Shown here: piece by piece, positions 44,991-58,900 of the stretch
Numbering within the stretch: position 1 is the stretch's first letter
How the letters are laid out: each line of letters begins with the position of its first letter
Origin: Amphiscolops sp. MND2022
Lineage: Eukaryota
DNA: 64,000 bases
Reading direction: 5' to 3'
NCBI GenBank assembly: GCA_964187785.1
Contig: OZ076414.1
Location: forward strand, 1 to 64,000
Notes under the pieces: generated by a model
Databases searched by the model: none
What the model saw: only the letters and a program-made list of their open reading frames with translations
What the model was told of the DNA's origin: nothing
Translations under genes and position numbers: made by a program

Positions 44991-47265
44991 TACTGCGACT
45001 CGAATGGAGACTCAACCCTGGAGGCTTCTGAATCGTGGAGTTTGAGCTTCTGAAATTTTCTTTATCTCAAATAATGAAACAGTTTTGAGATCTTTGATAT
45101 AGGGTTCCAACAGAGAGATACAAGAAATAGGAAAAGGATGCATTTTGAATTTCTGCCACAATCAAATCATTGAGTTTTTCATATACGTAATTTCGGCCAG
45201 TGGCGTCATAGTATGAGCGACGTCTAGAATAATTTTTTACCACTCGTGGTTCAAACAAGGGCGGCAAAAAATAAAAGTTATGCTCTTGCGTGCCATCGAT
45301 ATTCATTTTTTATTTTCCGCCCACATATAATGGGGGAGGAAAATCATAATCTGTGTTGCGTTTTTTACAAATTCTGCCAAAACTCCACTTTATCTCCACT
45401 CCACTTCACTCAGTTACTTGACTAATTTTTAGCGGAAAATATCCCGGTGCTTAGCGGTCGTCTTGTGTCACATCGTTTTTTCGTACAAACGCCACAGTTT
45501 GTTTCTGTTGAAGGGAAAATTTTGGCCGTTCAACTCAGAAATGTGAAAGGAAGTTTTAATTTTGGAGCGAAAATTCAACTTTCTTGTGAAAAGAGCTCCA
45601 TGCCAACTATACCTTCAATGTCTTCTTTGAATATGATAGCAGATTTTACACGTGAAGCCTTAGATTCTTCATAAGAGCTCTAGAAAGTGCCACCTTAATC
45701 TCTGAATACCCTGTACATTCAGCACTATATCACTGATATGAAAAATATATTTTTTCAGCCATGTTAAGAAACACGATGAGGAACAATGGAAAGCACCACG
45801 AATTCTTCTCCATGAGAATCAAGGGGCCCCCTAGAGGTCGATCGAGGTACTGGGGCCACGCCCACAAACCCACCCTCAGCCGGACCCTGCTAGTGGGGTC
45901 TGTTGTTATTGCACTCTGCCTTTCCCATTTTCGGGCAAACGACATTTTGGGAGAAATTTGACACCGTTGTTGAAACTTTGTTGAAGTGTACGACTCATCG
46001 AAAAATGTTCAATGCATTCAAATTTCACATTAAAAAATGTCTGTCAGCCGTTTGATATCCAGCCGTAACTAAAACTGCTTGTAAAACAAAATTCGGTTGG
46101 AATTTTTGCTGAAGCTCTTTTTGTGGGTTCTAAAAATAGATCACGGAGTACATTCTCGATTTTTTTTCACAATGGTTTTTAACAGAGATTTCAACTTGCA
46201 TTTGATAAACGGAGTTTTAAAGACTAGCTCCGCAATTCAATTCGAAAGTGAAATAAAATTGAAAAAAAAACTAGATCAAAAGAACGTGCTTTTTATATAA
46301 ACTGCTTCAAAGTTAAGGAATGCATCGAAGCTGCACGCTCCATTATGATAATTTGTTCATTAGATTCTGGGTTGAAATAAATGTGTAGTCCGAGAAACCT
46401 TGAAACTTGTTTCCTCACTGATTTCAACTTCATTCTTGAAAGCCAGAGACTTTGCTCTTTTGTATATCCATGTATAGCCATTTTGAATTTGTTGGTGTAT
46501 CTATTGAGTTAGTTTGAGCCATCAGTATTACCTTGAAACTTCCAGGCACAAAATCTACATGGACATAAAACCTTGCTAACATTTTGAAGAACGACAAGAA
46601 AAAATAGGATTGTTGAATATTATTTGTAGCGATTTTGTAGTTTTCCCAAAAAAGGTTCTATATTGGAAGACGCCCTAAAATGCCCCATGAAAAGCAACTT
46701 CGATCAAAGTATCATCTAAGTTTCTTCGATATTTTTGATGATGCGTTGAAAATTTTGATTTGACGAACTTCTGCAGAAAAAGTTGTTGTTTATAGTAAAG
46801 AAACTGAGAACAATGTTGAAAAAAATGGAATCTCAAATTTGGGAAACAATATTTGATAGTTCCTCATAGATGAAAATCAGTGAACAAATAACACGAATTC
46901 AGGTGAAAGCGATGAGAATGATGAGTTATCTTCAAAATCTAGAAGTGAAAGTTTTTAAATCATTACATTGATTGTAACTTAATTGTCAATTTTCAAGTGA
47001 CGATTCAGCTGTCGAATCCAAAAAAGAGGAAGTTTTGAGGTTTGCATCTCGATCTTTGTATTTATTATTATTGGCTTGTATCTGTGATTATCACTTTAAA
47101 ATTTTCATCATCATTTGTGTTCAATTCAACTTTATCAATATAAAATTATATCCTCTTTCTGAAGGATGATTTGTAAACGAAAGAAAATCAGCAAAGTAAC
47201 CACATTTTTCGTAAGAATTGCCGAGTTGGCTTGTAGAGTACAAAATTGAAGGATGTAAGGATATA

Positions 47266-48505
47266 CAGTACAGTTCCAAAATTTTGAGTACGGCTTTCAC
47301 TGCTAACAAAATCTCATGATCGTGAAATCATTTCACTTGTTTCAACGCTTAGCCATAATCAGAAATCGGAAATGCCAACACCGTTGAATTCTTTCCTAGC
47401 TTGTCAAATTGTTACATTGAAAAACGCAGGCCTTTCTTATCAAAAAATTGCTGAGGAGCTAGGTTTAAAAGCCAAATCGACAGCTCAATCAGTTTATAAA
47501 TGTTATATCAGAAAAAACTGTTATGTGCCGAAAAAATCAACTAGTCGGCCACCAAAATTATCGGAAAAAACCGAGAAAAAATTGGTGAGGGATGTATTGA
47601 AAGACCCCAAGAGAAGATTTGAGAACATTTGGGTGAAATACAATTCTTTTTCCACTAAAGAATCATTATCAAGAACAACTGTGAGAAGAATATTGAAGAA
47701 ACATGGTGTTTTTATCAGATTGCAACAGATTTTTTAGCAGAAGGAGATCACCATCAAAAACAACTCTGCAAATTTTCGAAAAAAAATGGTCCAATCAAAT
47801 GATGAAAAAAGGCGCCGGGTTTTGGTATTCCGTAGAGTCTACAGACGAAACTCGTGTAAAGCTCACCAATGACGGAATAGTTCGAGTTTTCCGCAGAAAA
47901 AACACTCGATGTCATGAAAAAAATGTGAGGAATGCGTCAACTGACCAACGATCTATCATGTATTGGGGCGCAATTCGATCAGATGGCCGAAAAAAGCTGG
48001 TGAAATGTCCGAATACGCTGAACAGCATCATTTATCTCGTTATTCTGATCTGTTATGACGAAAAAATGCTTTTCATTTTCGAGGTTTGGTGTTCCAACAA
48101 GACATCGCACCTGTTCATACGGCATCAACTATAAAAAACTTTTTCCTTGAAAACGAGTGGGAAGTCCTTGATTGGCCACCTTACAGTCCCGATTTGAATA
48201 TTATTGAGAACCTTTGGACTATAGTAAAGAGAAGGCTTGCAGAACAAACAGTTTTGTGGGAGAATTTAGATGAAAAAGTGCAAGAAATTTGGAATTCCAT
48301 TGATCTAGAGACCATTCAAAAATTATATGACAGCATTCCTGACCGTCTGAAAGCAGTTGTTGATAGTAATGGACGTGTTTCCCGATTCTGAGAAGGCTGC
48401 TTCAATACAGTTAGTATTATTTTGTTTAGAGTTTATCTTGGATTTGTTTGATTTGTTGTTTTTTAAAAACGTATTTGCCGTACTCAACATTTCGGAACTA
48501 TAGTG
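47266..48505 (+). mobile_element. Tc1-family transposon (1240 bp) with a frameshifted DD34E transposase (47372-48391)
   Basis: ~29-bp TIRs CAGTACAGTTCCAAAATTTTGAGTACGGC / CACTATAGTTCCGAAATGTTGAGTACGGC; TA TSD; motifs TDET, FQQDIAPVH and WPPYSPDLNIIENLW. Confidence 0.93.
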
Positions 48506-48680
48506 TATGATTGCTTTCATTCGGCTCTCCACTTAGGTTTCTATGTTCATCTGAATTGCTGTGTTTCCTCTCATTTTGGCACCATGATACGTACCAAGAT
48601 GTCATGCCAACATGAAGGGAAGTACAATAGTTCAGATGGACATAAAAACCTAAAGGCAGAGCTGAATGAAAGCGATCACA
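48506..48680. repeat. Foldback / small MITE with ~50-bp inverted arms
   Basis: 48508-48557 is an imperfect reverse complement of 48626-48678. Confidence 0.75.
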
Positions 48681-51600
48681 TCTCCTTCTTTTTTGTATTA
48701 CATATCCCATCCTCTTGCACGGCGCTAAAGAACTATGCCACGGAAAAACATTAAAAACAGCTGCAATTGAATTTCCGTAATTTTGAAATAGATTTTTCTT
48801 TTGAAAGGAAACTTCCGTCATTTTGCCATCATCCACACACCGCTCGTTTAGCCCCATCACATAGTTTTGAATGACACTCATTCAATCCGATGAATGTGGA
48901 ATACCTCCTCTCTTCGAAATACTTGGAATACTTAAATTCGTGGGACACGTAAGAAAAAAAACACTGAAAAACATGATGTTTTCACGCAAAAAAAACAACA
49001 AAAATCCCGGGAACTTTTGTTCTTGAGTCTCCAATGAAACGGAAGTGATCAAAGTGCAGGTTCGCTTGTGCTTAGTTTTATAATTTCATGTCCTTCTGCG
49101 CTAGATTATGATGTACTCAATTGATATCATCATTGCGACGAGAAGCAACTTTGCTTCAGAAACAGCCAGCGCTACGACAATACCTTGTGGTCATTGGGTA
49201 TGTTTTCCCTGAAACTTTACGCAACGTCCATTAAGAGACGTACATGCTAGTACTGGGATGATATCCAGGTTGCTTCGACAGGAGACCATGGTCTTACTAC
49301 AACTCTAGACGCTAGTTTCTCTCTCATCCTATGTAAATTTACCCAAGTTGTGATATCCTAATGCATTATCAGGCATTTATTGTTACTCCCACTGTTTATA
49401 CTTTTTATACCAAAAGTATAGCAGCAAAATCAGTTTGTCTATACAGTCGATGTAGAATGAGTTTGTAGCCTGGAAGGTATCACAAGTCATGGAAATGGAC
49501 GAGTCCACAATCAACGACACAATCATGACACTCAAGATCGCCCATGTGTTCACAGCTGAAAAAAATACAAAGTTTTCAATGAGGTCTGTACCAGCATAAT
49601 ATACGGAGCAATCAAGTTACCAAGTGATAATATGATTTTTCATATTTTAGTTTACGAAAAAATGAATGCCACACTTCCAACTATCATGCAATTGTATATC
49701 AGTACCAAAAAGAATTAGCTGATACTTTAGGGTACTCAATTTAGTCTAGCTTGTTTTCTGTCAGACGACATAAACGACGCCCCGGAAATTGGCTGAGGAT
49801 GGTAGAATACACACTTTTACTCTTGCCACTTCAGTAAGCCTATTGAATTTCTTAGTTTTTCACTTGAAAAACTTAAACACCGTCATGTTAGTGTGCAAAC
49901 AAGCCTCACGTTTGAACCGAGTACCATTTGTATTGACACTCAAATTAACGCATATGTAACGATAAGCGCTGGCGCTTGACCAGATTAAGAATAGGAGGAA
50001 CCAAAACCATGGATAGGGTCCGTGACTCATAACTCCATAGCCTTAGCTAATTCTACCTCCAGTGGGTGCCAGTCCCGAGGAGGGGATGTCTAGTCGGATG
50101 CTCTCTGGCCTGGTCCCAGTCTTTCATTACCAATAGTAACAGGCATCTGTCGTCGCTCATTCTAGAAACCACTGCTTAACTAGCCTATAAAAATGGGGTT
50201 GGAATACTGAATAGACTTGGTAACATAGATAAATGGGAAATCTGGAAATCACCATCAAAGAAGTAGATATCAAATAAAGACAGCTCTCGAGCACATCATC
50301 TCGCGGTTCTTCTCGTCTCACGGCCAGCTTGCCTGGTGTTCTGAACTGCTTTCTGGCAGGTATTTTGGTCAAAATATGCTTTATCTGCCATGTCAAATTT
50401 GAACGACTTTTTGGTCGAAATTTTTGTGGTACCAGCAACTGCCGTTACAATATTTCGAATGCCCGATTATTTAATGTAGTTTTTGGATTAATGTAACTTC
50501 CCTTCAAATTATGAATACAAATGGACATCACTGAAATTACAACTAGTTTTGTCCGTTCTGGAATTTGGTTTTTACCTGGTCGACTCAGGGGGCCATACGC
50601 AAACGTCAATAACACATTGCACACAGTTTTGGTACATTTGGTCGCAAGTTGAATTGGATTCTTTCGTTTGATAGCAGAGGTTCCTCTCCAATGCACAGTG
50701 CGGATGATGGGTATCCCCTTTAACAAAAAATGCTGTTTAGAACTTTTTGCATTCAAATAGCGAATGTTTTGTTTTGAGGAAAAAAACTGATCGTCACTAC
50801 TAGTCTCAAGATTTGAAGTAAAATGTCTTTCAAACGAACTTCGGAGAGCGTTTGAAATTAAAAGGCTACACAGGTTTTCATTCTTTGGAAACGTTCCCCT
50901 TTGGCAGTTGAACTTCTGATAAACCCACTCTTCGTTGCTTTTATTTCCCCATGTTTTCAATGAAAAACTAAGATTTGAGCAAGTGATGTTGTTTTTCAGC
51001 ATTTTTATGTGAGAAAACCCAATTAGTCTAAGCGTCATCAACTGGAACGCGACTTTTGTGAGTGATTTAATGTCGGTTCTTCGTTATTTTGTTTGCAATC
51101 GGGTCGAAGTTGCCGAAAAAAGTTTGGCAAAATTTTACATTACGTCCGAGATCTCAGGAGAACCAAAATGAATCGAAAGGTCCTCTTTTTTTTAAAAAAA
51201 AAACATTTCATTTCGGATTAAAAAGCTATGTTAGGGTTCGCCAATCACATTTATCAAGATTTCTTCAACAAGTGACGCTATCTGCCAGCCTAACTAGAGT
51301 GTGTCTCTGAAAACTAGAGTAAAAAGCTTTAGGAAGCTGAAAACCGATTTGAGAGGCTCTTTTTCGTGGAGAAGTGACACTGAAGAAATCACTGCCAAAG
51401 TTTCAATTTCTCGATGCACTGTCGAGGCTAAAGAGCGCCAAAGTATTCTAATGGTTGAATGCAAAGTCACAAAACAAAACTACGAAAAAGTTTGGGCCTG
51501 AGTTTTCTTCGGTGCTCTGTTACTTTCAATTTTTTCAATTCACAAAAAAGGTCTTGCTTAGATTTTTAAAAGTGTTTGTAGTTGTCAGGTAGAAAAAGCT

Positions 51601-52429
51601 TTTTTAAGCGTGAAGAGTCCTCAATTATAATTTTTGGCTCTGTGCGATTTTCACTTTAGTTGTAACAGGAGTCAACTTCCGTGCTAGTTCGATCCACCTA
51701 AATTTATGTTCAGGATGAAAGAAATGGCCTTCGATCAATGTTCAAGTTTGAGCAATTTGGCGTTTAATGGATGAAGTGGGATGAATGAAAAACTCTAGAT
51801 TGAACTCACTCCACTTTAGACTACTTACATTGTTATTATTTAATCGTGATTGTCTGGAGGACAGTATTGAATGCAGTGTTTATCAATAAATTGAAGTATT
51901 AACGTGCCTTTGCGTTCACACATGAATTTCTCATTTTTGCGACAAACTTCAGAGTCATTCTTTTGATAAATTTCCTAATTCCAAAACAGAATCCTACTAA
52001 ATTTGATATTTTTAGGGGACATTGTGGCTACTGTTGGAGAAACAGACTTCCTCATTTCGTCAGTGTAGGAAATCTAACGAGTAATATCCAACGAGTCAAA
52101 AGCCAAAAGCGGCCACCTTTTGGGTAAAGCCGTGCCAATGGTCCTGATTCTCCAGGCCATACCCCAAATTGCTTACGAGCGAAAAACTAAACGCGAAAAA
52201 GTCAATTTTGTTTCTAAGGTCTATGCTGAAATAAAAATGAACACTAGTTTTAAATAACACAGTTCTTCATCAGAGTTTGTGTTTTTGTCATCGAAGGACT
52301 CCTGGGAAGACGGCATATCCGTACGAGAAATACAAAACGCACGGATCCGGAGAAAATGGCCCCAATCCCCGTGACCGAAGCATAATTGGACGAAGGGCGA
52401 AACTAATGAGGATCTACCGCTCGAAACAC

Positions 52430-53860
52430 TATTGATAAGTTTTTGCACGAATCCGATGATCTTTTCATGAAACACAAAGGCGACATAGGTAAGTATAAAA
52501 CTGCCAAGCACCCGTTGGAGGTAGACCTATACCACACCGAAAAAGCGCACTTCGGATGTCACCCGAAAAGGCCGAACGTGCCAACCAAGAAGAACGCAAC
52601 CTCTAGCTCTGTGGATGATCCACCCACTTTTATCTCCTTGGCCGAGTGGCCTTATGATGGTGAAGAAACAAGTGGAGAGCTACGATTTTGTTGTGACTTC
52701 CACCCACCCCTTCAATGAAGTGACGCTCAAAGATGTTGTTCAAATCACATAACGCCATGTGGCGTCAAGGTATAGCCACGGTCTTTTCGAGGATACAATA
52801 ATGACACACATGGCCTTGTTTTTGGCAAGATCATCGGTCAATATGTCAGCCAATGTCTAACATGTCAGCAAGTCCGAAACAAACCTGGCGATTGAGAGTA
52901 TCACATCAAAAACATCCAGAGTGACATTTCAATGAACTCGTGCAATACGAGCACTTGAATATCTGCCCTCCACATACAAGAATACCGGAATTTTAGTGAC
53001 GTCTGTATAATCGCTGATGCCGTTTCATGTAGTCACGACGAGTGTGAAGCTGCAACAACTGCACAACGTTTCCTGTAGAATAGGTTTGCCCGACCTGAAA
53101 CGCTGACGAGGAGGCAATCAGACAAAACTGCCTCAAGCTCAAATGCTGAGATTTCGACCAAACTCATGAAGGCGTCGGAAGTGACCAAGGCACTTTCGCG
53201 ACCGGTCACCCACGAACTCAAGGTCTGGTGGAGACAGAGAACCAAACTGTACTCACCTTACTTCGCGTCTTCTGTTCTAGACGCATGCGTAATTTTAAAC
53301 TTCGAACGAGAACCAGTACAAATGGTATGATGAATCATAGCTGATCTCCTTCAAAACAAATATGTTGTATCATCAGAACCTGGTGCTGAAAATCACCCGA
53401 CATAACGATAATTGCTTCTTGGTAGTGCCTACCAGTCGATGATGCGTTCCCAGTTGGAGGATCTGTTCGCAATCCGATGACATTACACAGAGGACACATT
53501 GCTTGATCAATCACCAGGCCGCGAGATAGTACATGCCGGTCCCTACGACCACAATTAGTGGAATGCATACGACTGACTTCCTGCATGAAACTCAATTCGT
53601 GCAAGCTCAACACCACATTGCTATGTGCTGTCGTGCCACGTTGGAAACCAAGTGAGCAGCCCTATGCTACATCTTCCGCGAGCATGGCACTGAAAAAATA
53701 TTCCAATTACCCCAAATTTGGTTCTCTTAAAACACTACCACCCTTAATGATTAATGAAACCCCGCAGGTTTCGCACCCCTTGAAAATGCGTTCCTCCCCG
53801 CGATACCCTATGACACATCGGGGTTGTTCCAGCTTGTTTAGAACGCCTTAGGACGGTCTT
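52430..53860 (+). pseudogene. Heavily decayed Gypsy pol remnant (RT N-terminus and integrase pieces)
   Basis: DLFMKHKGDIG....H and GELRFCCDF (RT); YVSQCLTCQQ (integrase zinc finger) near 52840. Confidence 0.6.
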
Positions 53861-55949
53861 AGAATGTGACAATGCGACCGAAATTCACTTGTTTTTCCTA
53901 GACCCGGAACGTCTAGCTCCCAAAGAAACTCCACAACTTTTGTACTTGTATTACAGATGATCTTACTCTTGCACGGAGAAGGGAAAGTTCACGCAGGACA
54001 TGTACCTTCGTCAATTTCGTCTCGTGTCATTCCGACTTCAACAAGTTTCGAAGATTGAATCCATGGTCGAAAAGATGAAAATGAATTGTTATTCTACCAA
54101 AGTTAGGAAACAGTTATTTGACGTTCTAAAGTTCAACTTCTTTCCAAACGATCTTTCAGATACTGCTTCTGGTTAAAAACTGCACACATTTGGGATGGTT
54201 AGTGTCGTGTTTGAAAACGAAAAGTTTTTTGAAAAAAAAGGTAATGTAATGCACGAAAAAGACGTTTTAGGTAGAGCAAATAGACAATGTGAAAATGTTT
54301 CTTTTTCATCAGCTGTCACGGTATAATTTTCAACGTATGAAATGTGAGGAGCAAAGAGTTCGGGTATATCATACATTGCAATTGCACTAGTTTCTGCATA
54401 TTCAATGATTTGATTACGCGATATTACAATTTAAAAAGAACCGCTTATGATGAAGGAAACAAACTAAAGGACTAACCACCGAAGAGAAGAAGTGCCAATC
54501 CGAAGAAGAAGAGCATTTTCATGGACAAAGTCATTTTTGCAGAAGTTTGAGAACGATTTGTTACGGTTGTGTCGGAGAGAAACTAGAGCAAATGATAAAG
54601 TCGACTGAATCCTAACCTTAAATAGTCTCTTCAAACCAGATGTTATTGTATTAAAAACTGAAAATGGGTAAATTGTCGATTGATAGTTTTATGGGTGTTT
54701 ATTAATTTATTATTCGAAGTGAAATTAAAGACCAGTTGCTCAGTAATTGAATCATTTGACGTTCAAAGCTTAAAACGGCCAATTATAGAACAAAATGGAC
54801 CTTTAGGCGGGTATGAAACTCATATGTTGTTGAAAGCTAAAAACAACCTATCTTAGAATCAAGTCGACCTTTAGAAGAGCAATAAACTCATGTGTTGTTG
54901 CAAGCTCAAAAAAGACTGTCATAGAATAAAATGGACTTTTAGGCGGACATTAAACACACACTGAAGATTGAAGATGGAAATGAACGACAAGTTGTAATAA
55001 TTTTCGAAAATGGATACCAAATAGATTCTAACTTTTAAAAAGCTTGTTTCTATTTCCAAAGTAAACTTGCTTTAGTTTTCGAATATTTTCAGTTGCAACA
55101 AAATGTTTTTTTAAACCCAAAGGCAACTTCTGTAGAGTTTTTTGCACTGGCTATTACAGAGGGAATGATTTTTCTTTAGTCAAAGAGTACTGTTATACTT
55201 TTATTGAAATCTTTCACTTCACAAAGTTTTTCGTCTTTGAGCCTCTAAGTGGTATTTTGAAATAAATAACGACATAAACAATAAACAATGAGGGACGTCT
55301 TCAAAAGATCAACATAACTGAGAAACTGCTCTTTCCGGGAGGTATGCTTTCAGTGCTTTGTGTACTTTCTCACTGGAATGAACGACATACACAATGGTAC
55401 CAAAAAAGTTAAGACAGCTAATACCACAGACGAAAACTTTGAAAACACATTTTTTCTTTAGGGAAGCAATTGATTGACAATAAAGGCCCGGGTCAAAGAT
55501 TCTCTAAGTGTGATTGCAAAAACAATGATAACTTTTGTTTTTAAATTGAATGGAAAAATGCAAAAAGTTTCCTCATAGCCTAATTGAAAGAATTTTGGAA
55601 GTTTTCGATTTCTATTACACAATGTCTCAAAAATTACTGGTCAGAGAAAAATCTCCCCCGAACTTTCCTGTAGCACTGGACTTGTTCTATAACTTTTTTG
55701 AATGTTATTTTTTTGGCAAATCAACTGCTAAAACAATTGTAATGAAATAAAAACAATCATTTTTGAAGTTGCAAATGAAATATTGCTTTCTGCGGTCATT
55801 TTGCAGTGAAATTCAAAAATTCGTTTTCAAAACATAATTGAGCTCAATGCTTCTTGACGTTCAACAAAATTCTGCTTTCTACAATGAGGATTGTACAAGG
55901 GAACAGTAGTATTAGTTTGACTGGAGGTTGATTTCATTGCTGTTTTAGA

Positions 55950-58900
55950 AAATGAAGTCATTGCAGATGAGGAGGAGGAAGAAAAGAGACACTGGACGGA
56001 AACGACTGAGGTGGCTGAACTGAAAGGTCGAGGACTGCAGAAGGTCCTGGAGAGGAAATGACGGAGGGTGGTTGCGTGGACAACTGAGAGGAAGGATGCC
56101 ACGAGAAAGGAAGAAAGGGAGTGGGAAGAATAGTAGTTTCTGAAACAACGGAAATGTTTAAAAGTGAACCAAATTTGAAGCTAGTTTTGTACGAAAACTT
56201 TGGTGCTTTATCGTTTGATAGTGTTTGTGCAAGTTTGGTTTGATATTGCAGTTGTTATATTGTATCATAGTTTGAAATATTTGAGAGTAAAGATTTGAAA
56301 ATTGAGAGTAAAAGAGATTTGAAAAAGCAAATTGAAAGAGCCATTGGTCAACAAGTTTCACTAAGAAAATTTGGATCATAAAACGTTACAAAGTCAAAAT
56401 TCAAGGTGTCAAGAATTAAAGAAGCGTAATACAAAGTATGAGTTAGAAGTAGTTCAAAAGAATTTAAGAGGTTTTAAAAAATTACAAAAAGGTTAAAGAG
56501 TTTTTCTGTATGGAGGAGTTTGAAGTGTACGATAAGAAAAAGAAAGTGAGATTTACCTGAGAATCGTTAGTTGGGTTAGAAAAAACAATGTTCAAATTTT
56601 CAAGTGTTCTCTGTATGGCTTTTGATGATTGAGTATTTCGCTGTGAGTCAAAGTTCAACGATTGTAATATTTTGAGAATATGATCATAGCAGTCGAGAAT
56701 GTGTGTGAGTGTTACAGACGGAGAATCCGAAGGGGTCGAAGAAAGGATCGAGTTTGTAAGTGATATCACGAAGAGTTCGTGATGTAAGGACATTGTTGAG
56801 TTTGTCAGTAGTGGTTGTTGGTTGTTTTGGAGTGTATTGTTCAGGAGTAGTGTATTGTGTTTCAGATTTGGCTTTTTCTGCCTTGACCATGAAGGCAATG
56901 ATTTTAGCAGAAACGAACATAAGTTCGTTATATGAATAAGCTTGTTTCGATAACGCTGTATAATAGGATTTCTCTTTGTCATTAGGAGGAGCAAAAACAA
57001 GGTGTTTAATGACAGTCAGAGGTTTTGCAGTGATAGTAGGAACGTTACATGGCAAGAGGAAGTCGTCGAAGTGTATCAGATATTCCTGAGGAACATTTAT
57101 AGGTCTTGATGTTAATGGCAAGAGACAAAAGTATTGTTTTATAGGGTCGTAGTTTCGTAGTTAACCCGTTATGAGAGAGTGGTCAATGGTATATAGATGT
57201 GTCATAGTATATGGTGATGTGTTTTTGTAGTTGACGAAAAAGTAATTTTTAGGTTTTTGATGTTTAAGATTTGTAACATAGGTATTATGTTGAGTTGTTT
57301 TTTGCGAAGGTGAAAGAAAAGAAGGGTCGTCTTCATCAGTTTTGAGATCATAGAATGACAGTCTAAGAAAATTGAACTGAAGTGAGAAAATTTGTTCATT
57401 ATTGTCAAGCCAATAGTGATATGGGGTCATTGTTTTCGAGGCAATAGAAGTCTTGGTTTTTGTCATATAGTTTGAATGTGTAGTCAGTTGGGTGCATATA
57501 TAGAGATGTGAGTTGAGATTCGAATGTGAAATTTTCGTTCGATAGAATCGGTATGAGATAATCATTTCTTTGTGTTGAAATTGAATCTTTTGGAGAGATG
57601 AGTGGTGGATATACAGGAGAAGTAAGAAAGATAGGATCTTTCATTATGACGTAGTTCTTTTTCGATGGTGGAGGTGATGATGGAGATTGTTCAGGAGGTT
57701 TGTGATTTTAAGATGAATTTTCGTTATTATCAGTGTCAGAAGATTTGTGAGTAGTGTCCATTTGTTCTATTTGATTGCTTGTAGGTTCAATACGACTGAG
57801 AAAAGAAATCGGTTAATTGTTACACAAAGGTGTGGTTGATGGATCTGAGATGTTTGAAATGTTTTGTGAATCCAGTTGTGATTGAAGATCTATATGAGCT
57901 TGAATCAGATTGAAATGTACTAACGAGTGGCTTTATCTTGTTTTGAAGGAGTGGTTTGAGACAAGATACGAAATTTAATAGTAGGTTGATTTGAGCGTAT
58001 TGTAGATATATTGATTGAAGAATCAATTTTGTTGGGAAAGAGGAATCAAGTTTGTTGAAAACTGAAGACTATTTCAGGGAGTTGAATATGGTGGAGAAAA
58101 GCGTTCTATATTTTTGAATGAAGAGCTCTTAAGATTGTTCAAGTCAGAGTGGTGGTCAACTGGTATCACGTGAAGAAAAGTGCTGAAGGACCGATGTTAA
58201 AAAGATGGTGGAAAAGAATAATTCGTTTTTGAACAAATCTTGACAGGAGTTTCCCTTTCAGTGTTGTCAAGTGGTGTAGACGTCAACTGATAAGTGTCAG
58301 AATTGGAAGTGACATTTGTATAATGGGGTAATGAAGTATGTGACATAGGTTGTGTGACTGGTTTTGAGTTGTCCATAATGATTGTATCATAGGATTTACG
58401 TTTTGGAAGGAGTTTAGGTTTTAAAATTTTAGGTAGTTTAGGGGTAGGACGTTTACTATAAAACGGAGGTGGAGATATAATCCCGTTTGAGTTTTGGGTA
58501 TGGTTGTTTCTATTTGGAGAAAGTTGAAGATTATCGGAGGGATAATCTGAATTTATGGACGTTTGGTCTAATGGGTTTTCGGTAATGGTTGACAAAGAAA
58601 ATTTTGAAGAAGTTTTGTTCGGACCCAATGCTTTTTTAGAAGGAGTGTCTTTTAGATCTTTTATCATTTCAGATGTAAGAATGTTAAAGAAACCATGTGC
58701 AATATAACTAAAATAGTTATGTTTTGTTCAAGATTATAATTGATAGAAACTGTTCTGTAAACTTCAATAAGAAGTGTATAAAAATACAGAGTACCTGTAT
58801 AAAAAGGAATGCAGAGAAGTATATTCCACAATGTGTAAGAATGTAGCATGGGTAACCAAAAAGAGTTATTAATGCATCAGCAAACCATGATGAGGCAAAA

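Noticed and set aside
50445-51041. 198-aa ORF as a real gene
   Set aside because: No motifs or splice structure, in AT-rich repeat-derived context; probably chance or unrecognisable decay.
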